The notes under the pieces were generated by a model. It did no database searches, was not told where the DNA came from, and saw only the letters and a list, made by a program, of their open reading frames with translations. Below are positions 9,244 to 18,792 of a stretch of DNA of 64,000 nucleotides, one piece after another; position 1 is the stretch's first letter; each line of letters begins with the position of its first letter. The translations under genes were made by a program, and so were the position numbers. The stretch lies in contig CBDESZ010000003.1 in the NCBI GenBank assembly GCA_965242725.1, positions 64,001-128,000 on the forward strand, given 5' to 3'. Source of the DNA: Alkalispirochaeta sp. Its GTDB lineage: Bacteria > Spirochaetota > Spirochaetia > DSM-27196 > Alkalispirochaetaceae.

Positions 9244-11515
9244 AAAACTCCCGCGCCGTTGCGTCGTCGCTGGCGCACTGTTCCTCCTGGTCTGCTCCCC
9301 GTTCCTCGTTTTTGGCCAGACCTGGCACTATCCCGTCATGAAACGTCCCGTTCCGTCACAGGAGCCGGCCGGCGGAGTATCAGCAATACCGGTAGTGCGG
9401 CTCGCCGGAGGCGAGTATGAGATGGCGGTCATGGCGGTTCACCACGATGGTGGGAGTGCACCTGTCGAGCCGAATAACATTGTGCTGGACATCAGCGGTC
9501 TGCCTATGGGATATGAGGTGGCCCTCCATTATCTGCCTCCCTTCGAAGTGGAACGAAAGAGTCGCTGGTTTGATTCCGTGGCGGTGACGGGTACGTGGTT
9601 TGATCCCGTGGTACCCCTCGCCGCTTCGCCTGCAGCCGGGATCGGCGCGGTGGCTCATGACATCTCCTTTCTTCCGCCCCTTGAGGCGGGGCAAAGCGCG
9701 TACTTTCTCCTGGAGCTCCGTGCTCCCCGCGGCGCCGGTCGCCGGGGCGGAACGGTCCGGGCTCAGGTGATTTTCTCCCGTGACGGGGTGGAGTACACGG
9801 ACTCCTTTCCTCCCCTGCGAGTGGTACCCTTCGATTTTGATCTTCCCGAGACACATTCGCTGCCTCTGCTGGCGGGGATTGTCCCGGACGATGTTTTTGA
9901 GTTGCACCGCAGGCGGGGGGTGTCTCCGGAGGCGGAACTGCCGTTGTGGCTGGACTACCTCGCCCTCCTTCGGGAGCACCGCATCGTCCCCTACGATCCC
10001 GCTCCGGCGAAGGAGTTTTCCTGGGACCATTTCGAAACGATTTCTATTCCCCTGTATCGCGGCGACCTGACCTCCGACGGCGTGCCCGCACCGGCGATTC
10101 GTTTTCCCGAGAACCCCTTTCCCGGCGGGACGGCGGAGCGGGTCGACTTTTACCGGGCTGTGGCCGCCCGATTCCGGGAGGAGGGACTTCTGGAGAGGAC
10201 GTTTTACTACGTCTATGATGAGCCCCTTCTGGACATGTATACCGAGCTGATCGCCGATGCGGAGGAGCTGGGCGAGGAGGCGCCGGAGGTGCGACGCCTC
10301 GTCACGGAGTCCTATAACGCACCTCTTTCGGGGCTTGTGGATATCTGGTGTCCCGATATTGCCATGCTCGATCAGCCGGTGCCCTTCTTTCCCCTCTTCG
10401 GGAAAGGGGCGGGACTGCATCCCGACTTTCAGGTGAACCCCCGTCCGGTTGTGTACGCCCGGGAGCGGGCGCAGGGACGGGAAATGTGGCTCTACACATG
10501 CACCTCCGCGCAGTATGCGGACCTTCCCAATCTCTTCATAGACGCGCCGCCTGCGGCGGCGCGCATCATTCCCTGGCTCATCCACCGCTACGACGGGACG
10601 GGCATGGTCTACTATCGCGTTTCCCAGGCGTACAAGGACGAAAATGACCCCTGGTCCAATCAGTACTTTTTTGCCGCCAACGGCGACGGCACCCTCGTCT
10701 ATCCCGGCTATCCCGGCATCCATGGTCTGACGGAGCATCGTGCCGTTGCCTCCCTGCGGATGAAGCTCCTCAGGGACGGCCTGGAGGACTACGAATACCT
10801 CGTCCTTGCCGAAGGTGCCGGAGGTGACGGGGTGGAGCCCGGGGGCGGGCTCGTCACGTCGACAACCCGCTGGAATCACCGCCTCGATGAGATTGTAGCG
10901 GCGCGTGATCGTCTCGCGGAGGTGATTGAAGACGCCGGTGAGATCGCTCCGGCGGCACCCGCCACACCCGTCGCGGAAGAAGGCGACAAAATACAGACTT
11001 TTCATCAGGTATCCCAGCCCGCGGTTGTCGCCGATTACTGGTACATTCCCGAGTTTGCCGCACCGACCGGTCGGGGGGTGACGCTGCTGGCACCGGCGTA
11101 TCGCCACAACCTCGCCTCCGTGCTTGATACAGGGAGACGTTCCGCCACCGCTGCAACGCGGGGACGGTGGGAGGCGTATCTGCAGATCGCCCCCGTCATC
11201 GGCGTCCCCGCGGACCCCGTGATTATCGGCGGATACTCCGCCGTCGGGTGGACCGTCTCCCCTGAGACGGCGCGCCGTCTCGAGAGATCCGTCTTTATTC
11301 CCTACATCGGGCTGGAGGGCGGGATAATCTCACTAGTGACCACATCGGGCGTCGAAACGGGGTACGCCGGAAGCATTCTCGGGGGGATTCACCTCTGGTC
11401 CAATCCGCAAAGCTCCCTTGCCCTTGGCGGTGCGTGGATGCACACAACCACCGACAGCGTCCCCCTGGCGTTTCGGACCACCCTTTCCCTCTCCGTCGTC
11501 CTTGACCGGGAGTAG
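9233..11515 (+). CDS. Secreted DUF4091/GH123-like glycoside hydrolase with an extra C-terminal beta-strand domain
   Basis: Signal peptide (..LVFGQ), 'YYVYDEP', 'VDIWCP', 'WLYTC', 'NGDGTLVYPG', 'SLRMKLLRDGLEDYEYL'. A Pro/Ala linker leads to about 170 aa of amphipathic strands. Confidence 0.65.
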   Translation: MIFRKLPRRCVVAGALFLLVCSPFLVFGQTWHYPVMKRPVPSQEPAGGVSAIPVVRLAGGEYEMAVMAVHHDGGSAPVEPNNIVLDISGLPMGYEVALHYLPPFEVERKSRWFDSVAVTGTWFDPVVPLAASPAAGIGAVAHDISFLPPLEAGQSAYFLLELRAPRGAGRRGGTVRAQVIFSRDGVEYTDSFPPLRVVPFDFDLPETHSLPLLAGIVPDDVFELHRRRGVSPEAELPLWLDYLALLREHRIVPYDPAPAKEFSWDHFETISIPLYRGDLTSDGVPAPAIRFPENPFPGGTAERVDFYRAVAARFREEGLLERTFYYVYDEPLLDMYTELIADAEELGEEAPEVRRLVTESYNAPLSGLVDIWCPDIAMLDQPVPFFPLFGKGAGLHPDFQVNPRPVVYARERAQGREMWLYTCTSAQYADLPNLFIDAPPAAARIIPWLIHRYDGTGMVYYRVSQAYKDENDPWSNQYFFAANGDGTLVYPGYPGIHGLTEHRAVASLRMKLLRDGLEDYEYLVLAEGAGGDGVEPGGGLVTSTTRWNHRLDEIVAARDRLAEVIEDAGEIAPAAPATPVAEEGDKIQTFHQVSQPAVVADYWYIPEFAAPTGRGVTLLAPAYRHNLASVLDTGRRSATAATRGRWEAYLQIAPVIGVPADPVIIGGYSAVGWTVSPETARRLERSVFIPYIGLEGGIISLVTTSGVETGYAGSILGGIHLWSNPQSSLALGGAWMHTTTDSVPLAFRTTLSLSVVLDRE

Positions 11516-11582
11516 GTGCAACGGCAGGTACAACGGCGAGGGTGGAAGCGTGGGCGTTGTTGTGGCATAGTGTCATGCAATA

Positions 11583-12617
11583 ATGAAGGTATTGCTCACC
11601 GGTGTTGCCGGTTTTATCGGGTTTCACCTCGCCGGGCGTCTTCTCGAGCGGGGCGACGACGTCGTGGGACTGGATAATCTCAATGATTATTACGATGTGG
11701 CGCTGAAAATGGGACGCCTCGCCGAGCTTGGTGTGACCGCTCCATCGGGCGGAGAAATCGCTCCCGGCAGCGAGGTTCCGAGCTCCCGTCACCCCCGGCT
11801 GCGCTTTGTCCGCATGGCGCTGGAGGACCGGGAAGGGCTGAAGGCGCTGCTTCAGCGGGAACGCTTTGACGGGATCGTACACCTCGCCGCCCAGGCGGGC
11901 GTCCGCTACTCTCTCACCAACCCCCACACCTACGTTTCAAGCAACGTGGAGGGCTTCGTGAGCCTCCTTGAGGCGGTACGTTCCACGCCGGTAAGACACC
12001 TTGTCTTTGCCAGCTCCAGTTCTGTATACGGGCTGGAGTCGGAGCAGCCTTTCCGGGAGGATATGGCGGCGGACCGGCCGGTGAGCCTCTATGCGGCGTC
12101 AAAACGGAGCAATGAGCTCATGGCCCACAGTTACGCCCACCTCTACGGTATCCCCGTGACGGGACTGCGCTTCTTTACCGTATACGGCAGCTGGTACCGC
12201 CCCGATATGGCGCTGTACCGCTTTGCCGACGCGATGACCGCGGGGAAGGCGATTCAGGTCTACAACCATGGAAAGATGAAGCGCGACTTTACCTATGTCG
12301 GCGATGTCGCGGAGGGGGTGCTCCGTGTTCTTGACCGTCCGCCCGTTGGCGACGCCGGTACGCAGACTCCTCCGTATCGAATTTTCAACATCGGGAACGG
12401 TGCGCCCGTACCGCTGATGGAACTCATAGAGGCGCTGGAGGCGGAAATGGGCGTGACGGCGAAGAAGGAGATGCTGCCCATGCAGCCCGGAGACGTCACC
12501 GCAACGTGGGCGGATTGCAGTGCCCTTGAAGGGGAGACGGGGTACCGTCCGCACACCGCCGTCCGGGACGGCGTAAGGCGCTTTGTGGAATGGTACCGGA
12601 CGTACCATAAAGGATGA
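11583..12617 (+). CDS. NAD-dependent epimerase, UDP-glucuronate 4-epimerase type
   Basis: TGVAGFIG, 'DNLNDYYDV.LK', 'HLAAQAGVRYSL', ASSSSVYG, YAASK, 'GLRFFTVYG', 'MQPGDV'. Confidence 0.9.
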   Translation: MKVLLTGVAGFIGFHLAGRLLERGDDVVGLDNLNDYYDVALKMGRLAELGVTAPSGGEIAPGSEVPSSRHPRLRFVRMALEDREGLKALLQRERFDGIVHLAAQAGVRYSLTNPHTYVSSNVEGFVSLLEAVRSTPVRHLVFASSSSVYGLESEQPFREDMAADRPVSLYAASKRSNELMAHSYAHLYGIPVTGLRFFTVYGSWYRPDMALYRFADAMTAGKAIQVYNHGKMKRDFTYVGDVAEGVLRVLDRPPVGDAGTQTPPYRIFNIGNGAPVPLMELIEALEAEMGVTAKKEMLPMQPGDVTATWADCSALEGETGYRPHTAVRDGVRRFVEWYRTYHKG

Positions 12618-12626
12618 AAAGAAGAG

Positions 12627-13499
12627 ATGCAGAATACTGTGCAGCAGATGATCCGGGCGGCGCTGGCCGCCGGGGCCGAAGTAATGGATGTCTACGGCGG
12701 CGAGATCGCCGTGGAACACAAGGACGACAAGAGTCCCCTCACCGAGGCGGATCGGCGCAGCCATGAGATGATCGAGACGGTGCTCACGGCGGCGATGAAC
12801 TCGGGATTCATGGAAAAGCTGCCAATTCTCAGTGAAGAGGGTGCCGCCATTCCCTACGCCCGACGCTCGGAATGGGACAAGTATTTTCTCATCGATCCTC
12901 TGGACGGTACCAAGGAGTTTATCAAGCGGAACGGCGAGTTTACGGTGAACGTTGCCCTCATGGAGCGTGATGACGAGGAGCCCGCCGCCTGGAAACCCGT
13001 CGCGGGAGTGGTATATGCCCCCGATCTGGGTGAGCTCTTTGTCGGAAGTCCCGAGGGCGCGTGGTGGTGGGGTGATGTCCGAGGGATATCGGTGCCCTCG
13101 ATGACCGATGCGGAGATGATGCCCCGGGCTTCCCGTTCTTCTGAAGGAAGCGGCAGGCCCTATACCGTTGTGGCGAGTCGCAGCCATATGTCCGCGGAGA
13201 CGGAGGAGTTTGTCGCCGCCCGGAGGCGGGAGTACTCCGACCTGGACCTCATCAGTGCCGGAAGCTCTCTCAAGCTCTGCCGTGTCGCCGACGGGAGCGC
13301 CGACGAGTATCCCCGTTTTGCGCCGACCATGGAGTGGGACACCGCCGCCGGCGACGCTGTGGCCCGCGCCGCCGGTTGTGAAGTTTTGATCTGGGAGGCC
13401 CAACCCGACGCCGCCGCGGCCGGCCCCCGTGGTCCCGTCCGCTACAACAAGGAAAACCTCCTGAACCCGTGGTTCCTGGTCCGCAGGAGCAGCCGGTAG
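12627..13499 (+). CDS. cysQ: 3'(2'),5'-bisphosphate nucleotidase (PAP phosphatase)
   Basis: 'KDDKSPLTEAD', 'LSEE', 'IDPLDGTKEFIKRNGEFTVN', 'VASRSH', 'GSSLKLC', 'YPRFAPTMEWDTAAG'. Confidence 0.92.
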   Translation: MQNTVQQMIRAALAAGAEVMDVYGGEIAVEHKDDKSPLTEADRRSHEMIETVLTAAMNSGFMEKLPILSEEGAAIPYARRSEWDKYFLIDPLDGTKEFIKRNGEFTVNVALMERDDEEPAAWKPVAGVVYAPDLGELFVGSPEGAWWWGDVRGISVPSMTDAEMMPRASRSSEGSGRPYTVVASRSHMSAETEEFVAARRREYSDLDLISAGSSLKLCRVADGSADEYPRFAPTMEWDTAAGDAVARAAGCEVLIWEAQPDAAAAGPRGPVRYNKENLLNPWFLVRRSSR

Positions 13500-13626
13500 T
13501 TCGACGCGTTCCTCGGACTTCGTCCTCCGGTACGCATCGTTACAAAGGCGGGCTGAAGCCCGCTATAGAGGGGGCGACGCCGTCCATGGCGCTTGCGTTC
13601 AATTTTCAATAAGATATGGAGTTATT

Positions 13627-14541
13627 ATGACTGCTACCGAACGACATTTTATGAACACCCTGGATCAGCTGGAGAGTGAAGCGATATACGTGATCCGCGA
13701 GGTGGCTGCCCAGTTTGAGCGGCCGGTGATGCTTTTTTCCGGGGGGAAAGATTCGATTTTAATGAGTTATCTCGCCTATAAGGCGTTCTATCCCGGGAAG
13801 ATTCCCTTTCCCCTGATGCATATCGATACGGGGCACAATTTTGACGAGACCCTGGAGTTCAGGGACTGGTGGATGAAGGAGATCGGGGCCAACCTGATCG
13901 TCCGTACCGTGGAGGAGTCCATCAAGAAGGGGCGCGTCAAGGAGGAGGAGGGGCCCAATCCGAGCCGCAACTCCCTGCAGACGGTGACCCTTCTGGACGC
14001 TCTGGCGGAGTTCAAGTTCAACTGCGCCATGGGCGGCGCCCGGCGGGATGAGGAGAAGGCGCGCGCCAAGGAGCGATTTTTCAGTTTCCGCGACCGTTTT
14101 GGCCAGTGGGACCCCAAGAATCAGCGACCGGAGCTCTGGAATATCTTCAACGGCCTTCACCGCCCCGGCGAACACCTGCGGGCCTTTCCCATTTCCAACT
14201 GGACGGAGCTGGATGTGTGGCAGTACATCGAGCGGGAGAAGGTACCCATGCCAAATCTCTATTACACCCATGAACGGGAGATTGTAGAACGGGACGGCGT
14301 CATCCTGGCGGTGGGTCCCTACAACCAGCCGCTGGACGGGGAAGAGGTGAAGTCGATTAAGGTGCGCTTCCGCACGATCGGCGATATGACCTGCACCGGC
14401 GCCACCGTGAGCAGCGCCCATGACATTCACGATATCGTCAATGAGGTGGCGGCTACGCGGGTGACGGAACGGGGCGGCCGCGCCGACGACAAGCGAAGCG
14501 AGGCGGCCATGGAAGACCGGAAAAAGCAGGGGTATTTCTAA
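13627..14541 (+). CDS. cysD: Sulfate adenylyltransferase subunit 2
   Basis: 'LESEAIYVIREV', 'FSGGKDS', 'GGARRDEEKARAKER', 'WDPKNQRPELW', 'MEDRKKQGYF'. Confidence 0.95.
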   Translation: MTATERHFMNTLDQLESEAIYVIREVAAQFERPVMLFSGGKDSILMSYLAYKAFYPGKIPFPLMHIDTGHNFDETLEFRDWWMKEIGANLIVRTVEESIKKGRVKEEEGPNPSRNSLQTVTLLDALAEFKFNCAMGGARRDEEKARAKERFFSFRDRFGQWDPKNQRPELWNIFNGLHRPGEHLRAFPISNWTELDVWQYIEREKVPMPNLYYTHEREIVERDGVILAVGPYNQPLDGEEVKSIKVRFRTIGDMTCTGATVSSAHDIHDIVNEVAATRVTERGGRADDKRSEAAMEDRKKQGYF

Positions 14542-16493
14542 TGAGCACGAAGACTGACGCCAAAACAATTGTACAGGAACGGGATCTCCTGCGGTTTACC
14601 ACCGCCGGGAGCGTTGACGACGGGAAGAGTACCCTCATCGGACGGATGCTCTTTGACTCAAAGCAGATTTTTCAGGACCAGATGGACCAGCTTGAGAGCG
14701 CCAGCAGGCTCAGGGGTGAGGAGAACGTCAACCTGGCGCTCCTCACCGACGGTCTGCGAAGCGAGCGGGAGCAGGGTATCACCATCGATGTGGCGTACCG
14801 CTACTTTTCCACGCCGAAGCGGAAGTTCATTATCGCCGATACGCCCGGCCACGAGCAGTATACCCGGAACATGGTTACCGGCGCCTCCACGGCGGATCTG
14901 GCCATCGTCCTCATTGACGCCCGGAACGGCGTGCTCACCCAGAGCAAGCGTCACGGCATCATCGCCTCCCTGCTTGGAATCCCCCACGTGGTGGTGGCGG
15001 TGAACAAGATGGACCTGGTGGACTACTCCCAGGAGCGCTATGAGGAAATCCGCAGCGAGTACCAGGACTTTGCCCGGAAACTCTCAATCAATGACATCGA
15101 ATTCATTCCCGTCAGCGCCCTTGTGGGCGACAATGTGGTGGACAAGAGCGACAGGATGCCCTGGTACGAGGGACCGCCGCTGCTGCAGTTTCTGGAGACG
15201 GTGACCATTTCCGGTGACCGCAATCTCGTGGACTTTCGCTTTCCCGTGCAGTACGTCGTGCGGCCGCATCAGGATTTTCGCGGTTTTTCCGGCAGGATTG
15301 CCAGCGGCAGCATCCGGGTTGGCGAGGAGATTGTCGTCCTGCCAAGCCGCCAGCGAAGCAAAGTGAAGGGTATTCACTTCTTCAAGGACGAGCTTGAGGA
15401 GGCATTTGCCGGGCAGAGCGTCATTCTCACCCTCGAAGATGAAATAGACATCAGCCGGGGCGATATGATCGTCCGAAGTCACAACATTCCCGAGGTGGCC
15501 ACCGAGTTTGACGCGGTCCTCACCTGGATGGATGACCAGCACGATCTTGACCAGGGGACGCAGTACGTCCTCCAGCATACATCCCGTCTCACCAAGGCGT
15601 ACGTGGATGATCTGGTCTACCGAATTGACGTGAACACCCTCCACCGGGAAGACGCCGACACCCTGCGGCTCAATGAAATCGGACGGGTGAAGATCACCAG
15701 CGCCAACCCAATCTTCTACGACCCCTACGATCGGAACCGCAATACCGGCGGATTTGTCATTATCGATCCCCACGATTTCCGGACCGTCGGGGCGGGGATG
15801 ATCCGCCACGCCAGCGCGGGAACGATGGAGGAACTGCGGAAGGAGCAGCGCCGGGAGCGGCTGGAGGCCGCCAAAGCCGGACGCGGCGGTGAGGCTGCGA
15901 GCGCGGGAGCGCCGGCGTCCACAAACATCTTCTGGGACCCCGGATACGTGGGACTGGAAGACCGGGTCCGTCGCAACGGCCACGAACCGAAGGTGATCTG
16001 GTTTACCGGAATTTCCGGCAGCGGCAAGAGCACCATCGCCAAGGATCTGGAGAAGAAGCTCTTTGATGCCGGTAAAAGCGCGGTGCGACTGGACGGCGAC
16101 AACGTCCGCCACGGCCTTAACGCGGACCTCGCTTTCAGCAGGGAGGACCGGCGGGAGAACATCCGTCGGGTCGGCCACCTGGCGCGGCAGCTCTATGACT
16201 TCGGCCACATCGTGCTCTGCACCTTCGTGAGCCCCTACGCGGAGGATCGCGACGAGGTGCGCGCCCTCTTTCCTGAAGGTGACTTTGTTGAAGTCTTTGT
16301 AAAGGTAGATCTGGAAGAGGCGCGCCGGCGGGATCCCAAAGGCCTTTATGAGAAGGTGGATAACGGGGAGATCCGCGGGTTTACCGGCGTGGACGCGCCC
16401 TTTGAAGAACCGACGGCGGCGGAAGTGGTTATCGATACCGTTGCGACCAGCGTGGACGATGCGGTTGAGCAGCTCGTGAAGGTGGTAGGATGA
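14541..16493 (+). CDS. cysNC: Bifunctional sulfate adenylyltransferase subunit 1 / APS kinase
   Basis: 'GSVDDGKSTLIGR', 'EQGITIDVAYRYF', 'DTPGHEQYTRNM', NKMD. C-terminal kinase motifs 'WFTGISGSGKST', 'LDGDNVRHGL', 'RDPKGLY'. Confidence 0.95.
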   Translation: MSTKTDAKTIVQERDLLRFTTAGSVDDGKSTLIGRMLFDSKQIFQDQMDQLESASRLRGEENVNLALLTDGLRSEREQGITIDVAYRYFSTPKRKFIIADTPGHEQYTRNMVTGASTADLAIVLIDARNGVLTQSKRHGIIASLLGIPHVVVAVNKMDLVDYSQERYEEIRSEYQDFARKLSINDIEFIPVSALVGDNVVDKSDRMPWYEGPPLLQFLETVTISGDRNLVDFRFPVQYVVRPHQDFRGFSGRIASGSIRVGEEIVVLPSRQRSKVKGIHFFKDELEEAFAGQSVILTLEDEIDISRGDMIVRSHNIPEVATEFDAVLTWMDDQHDLDQGTQYVLQHTSRLTKAYVDDLVYRIDVNTLHREDADTLRLNEIGRVKITSANPIFYDPYDRNRNTGGFVIIDPHDFRTVGAGMIRHASAGTMEELRKEQRRERLEAAKAGRGGEAASAGAPASTNIFWDPGYVGLEDRVRRNGHEPKVIWFTGISGSGKSTIAKDLEKKLFDAGKSAVRLDGDNVRHGLNADLAFSREDRRENIRRVGHLARQLYDFGHIVLCTFVSPYAEDRDEVRALFPEGDFVEVFVKVDLEEARRRDPKGLYEKVDNGEIRGFTGVDAPFEEPTAAEVVIDTVATSVDDAVEQLVKVVG

Positions 16494-17986
16494 TGGGAAT
16501 TCCCCGGTGTTTGATGATGCAGACGATAATGCGGCCGGCACGTCGCGTGATCGGCATTTCTCTTTTTCTTCTTGCAGGCGCCTACGCAGCCTATCCTGTG
16601 GACGTCACCATTCACCAGTCAACGTCCGGGGGAAGCGAGGGGACGCCGTTCTGGCTCCAGGCGAATCGCTGGGGCCTCAACTCGGACTCTTCCCTCCAGA
16701 CAAATCTCGGCGCGGAGGTGACGTGGGAGCGTGACTTTGGCGATGTCTGGGGCATTGAACTCCTCGCAGACGGCGACGTCTTTGCCGATGACGACGGCGT
16801 CATTCCACGGCTGCGCTTTGCCTACGCAGCTCTGTCATGGCGAGCGCTGGAGTTGAAAGGCGGTATGTACCCGGAACTGGTCGGATTACTTCCGGCGCCT
16901 GAGCTCTCATCTGGTTCCATGATCGTCAGCGGCAACGCCCGTCCTCTGCCGTCGGTACAGCTTTCAATGCCTGAATGGACCGCCGTTCCGATGACCAATG
17001 AGAAGCTGGAAATACGGGGCGGGTTGCTCCACGGATGGTTTCTTGGTGATCGCGTCCAGGACGGCGCCCTCCTTCATGAAAAGTGGGGATACGCACGTCT
17101 CGGCAACCCTGAAGAGACCAGACTCTACCTCGGTCTGGTGCACAACACCATGTGGGGCGGCGAGATACAGCCGGTGAACTGGGACAACTATCTCAGAGCG
17201 TTCCTAGGTCGGGAGGCAGGTGATACGTCCACCCAGCTTGGTCCGGCGGGAAACGGCCTGGGCATGTGGGACCTTGGGGTCGAGATGCCCCTCGATCGGG
17301 TGGACCTCCGCGGGTACTACCACCACTACTTTGAACTGGAACACGGCATCTACTTTAAGAACGCCATGGACGGGCTCTGGGGCGTGGCGATTGAGATTGA
17401 CGACGCCGGCCGGTGGCCCGATACGGTCGTTATGGAGTCACTCTATACGGTATACCAGGGCGGACGGTACCATCGTCTGACCCAGGTCCTGACTGATGCC
17501 GGCTTTGACCCCGCGGATCGCACGGCGACCTTCGGCATCGGCGGCGGCGCACACCAGTATTATAACCACGGTATATACCGGAACGGCTGGACGCACCTTG
17601 ATCGCATCGTGGGTAATCCTCTCCTCGTCGCCGTCGGCGAGGGCGAAGAGCTCCGCATTGCAAGCAACCGGGTGAATGCATACCACCTCGGATTTTCGGG
17701 TAACGCGACTGAGAACATTCGGTACACCGGGAAGATAACCTTTGCCACGCACAAACCGACGCAAATCGGTGCCCGTTATTACGCGCCGATCAGTCTCGTA
17801 CCGGAAGGTGAAACGTGGGTGCAGGTGAATGCGTTTCTCGGCGTGGAGATCAGCGAGGCATTCGGTAACGACCGTCTTGGGGCCAATATAGGCCTTGCCG
17901 GCGACTGGGGCGACATTTACGAAAATACAGTCGGGTTCGAGCTGGCGTTGCGATATGCCCTGGGTGCTTCAGCCGCTGTGGAATGA
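16490..17986 (+). CDS. Wzi-like capsule-assembly outer-membrane protein
   Basis: Signal peptide, 'TPFWLQANRWG', 'LSSGSM..SGNARPLP', 'LLHEKWGY', 'DGLWG', 'YYNHGIYRNGWT', 'NRVNAYHLG'. The exact start is uncertain. Confidence 0.7.
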   Translation: MMGIPRCLMMQTIMRPARRVIGISLFLLAGAYAAYPVDVTIHQSTSGGSEGTPFWLQANRWGLNSDSSLQTNLGAEVTWERDFGDVWGIELLADGDVFADDDGVIPRLRFAYAALSWRALELKGGMYPELVGLLPAPELSSGSMIVSGNARPLPSVQLSMPEWTAVPMTNEKLEIRGGLLHGWFLGDRVQDGALLHEKWGYARLGNPEETRLYLGLVHNTMWGGEIQPVNWDNYLRAFLGREAGDTSTQLGPAGNGLGMWDLGVEMPLDRVDLRGYYHHYFELEHGIYFKNAMDGLWGVAIEIDDAGRWPDTVVMESLYTVYQGGRYHRLTQVLTDAGFDPADRTATFGIGGGAHQYYNHGIYRNGWTHLDRIVGNPLLVAVGEGEELRIASNRVNAYHLGFSGNATENIRYTGKITFATHKPTQIGARYYAPISLVPEGETWVQVNAFLGVEISEAFGNDRLGANIGLAGDWGDIYENTVGFELALRYALGASAAVE

Positions 17987-18028
17987 CCGTGGACCGACGT
18001 GAGGCGTGCGGTCCAGGGTAATGTGCCG

Positions 18029-18790
18029 TTACCAGACTGGATCTTTGGGGTAGTTGAGACGCTCAAAGTCGGTTTTGTATAATTGATACACCTGATCGAT
18101 TTCTGTAGCTGAGAAGTACTTCGCCAATTTCTCACCAGCCTGCGTCTTCTTTCCCGCCTTGTCCGTCGGATAGAGCTCGTCCAGAGACCTGCCGTCGGGA
18201 AGGACCAGACCCGCCTTATCCAAAACGTATTGCATGTCCCGATTGAACGTCTCAACCCTGCCGACAAAGTCGTATTTCTCGGGAGGGATTACCATCAGGA
18301 GATATTGAGGCGTCCAGTGTTTGTTATCCATCAGTCCGCCCGCTGAAAGGTACCGTACAAATGCCGCAAAGCCTTCCTGTGAGTCGTTTCCGAAACCCGG
18401 TATTCCCGCGTACGTTGATACCTTGCCCGGCGCAACCTTCTGAAGCCACGCCGATAGGAGTCGCTCATAGGGATTTCTCACAAAGGTGAACTTGAAGAGC
18501 CGGCGGAACGCCCGCGCCTGCGTCCAGTCAAGCCGGGAGGGGCGTATAATTTCTTCCTTGATGGCGTCGACTTCGTCTACGGTTCCTTTTTGTATTTCGT
18601 GGAGGATCGCCACCACGGTTGTATTGGCTGCTTTGGGTATACGATTGTAGAAGACGCCGAGATCCGAGTACACGGCGCCCCTCGAATCCGCGGACATGCG
18701 AGGAAGGAGATCGAGATTTGCCAGGGCAAAGGGTGTCCGGTACTTTTTGAGTGCCCGGTAACTCTGCGTCATGGTTTGTCGTAGCTTCAT
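18029..18790 (-). CDS. Sulfotransferase, Sulfotransfer_2 (CHST/HNK-1-like) type
   Basis: 5'-PSB 'RIPKAANTT', 3'-PB 'FTFVRNPYERLLSAW', 'HWTPQ', 'YDFVGRVETF', 'YKTDFERLNY'. Confidence 0.88.
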   Translation of the reverse strand: MKLRQTMTQSYRALKKYRTPFALANLDLLPRMSADSRGAVYSDLGVFYNRIPKAANTTVVAILHEIQKGTVDEVDAIKEEIIRPSRLDWTQARAFRRLFKFTFVRNPYERLLSAWLQKVAPGKVSTYAGIPGFGNDSQEGFAAFVRYLSAGGLMDNKHWTPQYLLMVIPPEKYDFVGRVETFNRDMQYVLDKAGLVLPDGRSLDELYPTDKAGKKTQAGEKLAKYFSATEIDQVYQLYKTDFERLNYPKDPVW

Positions 18791-18792
18791 GT

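Noticed and set aside
12627..16493. Ordinary assimilatory sulfate-reduction operon
   Set aside because: No cysH, sulfite reductase or cysteine synthase is adjacent, and the neighbours are sulfotransferases. Such genes could still exist elsewhere in the genome.
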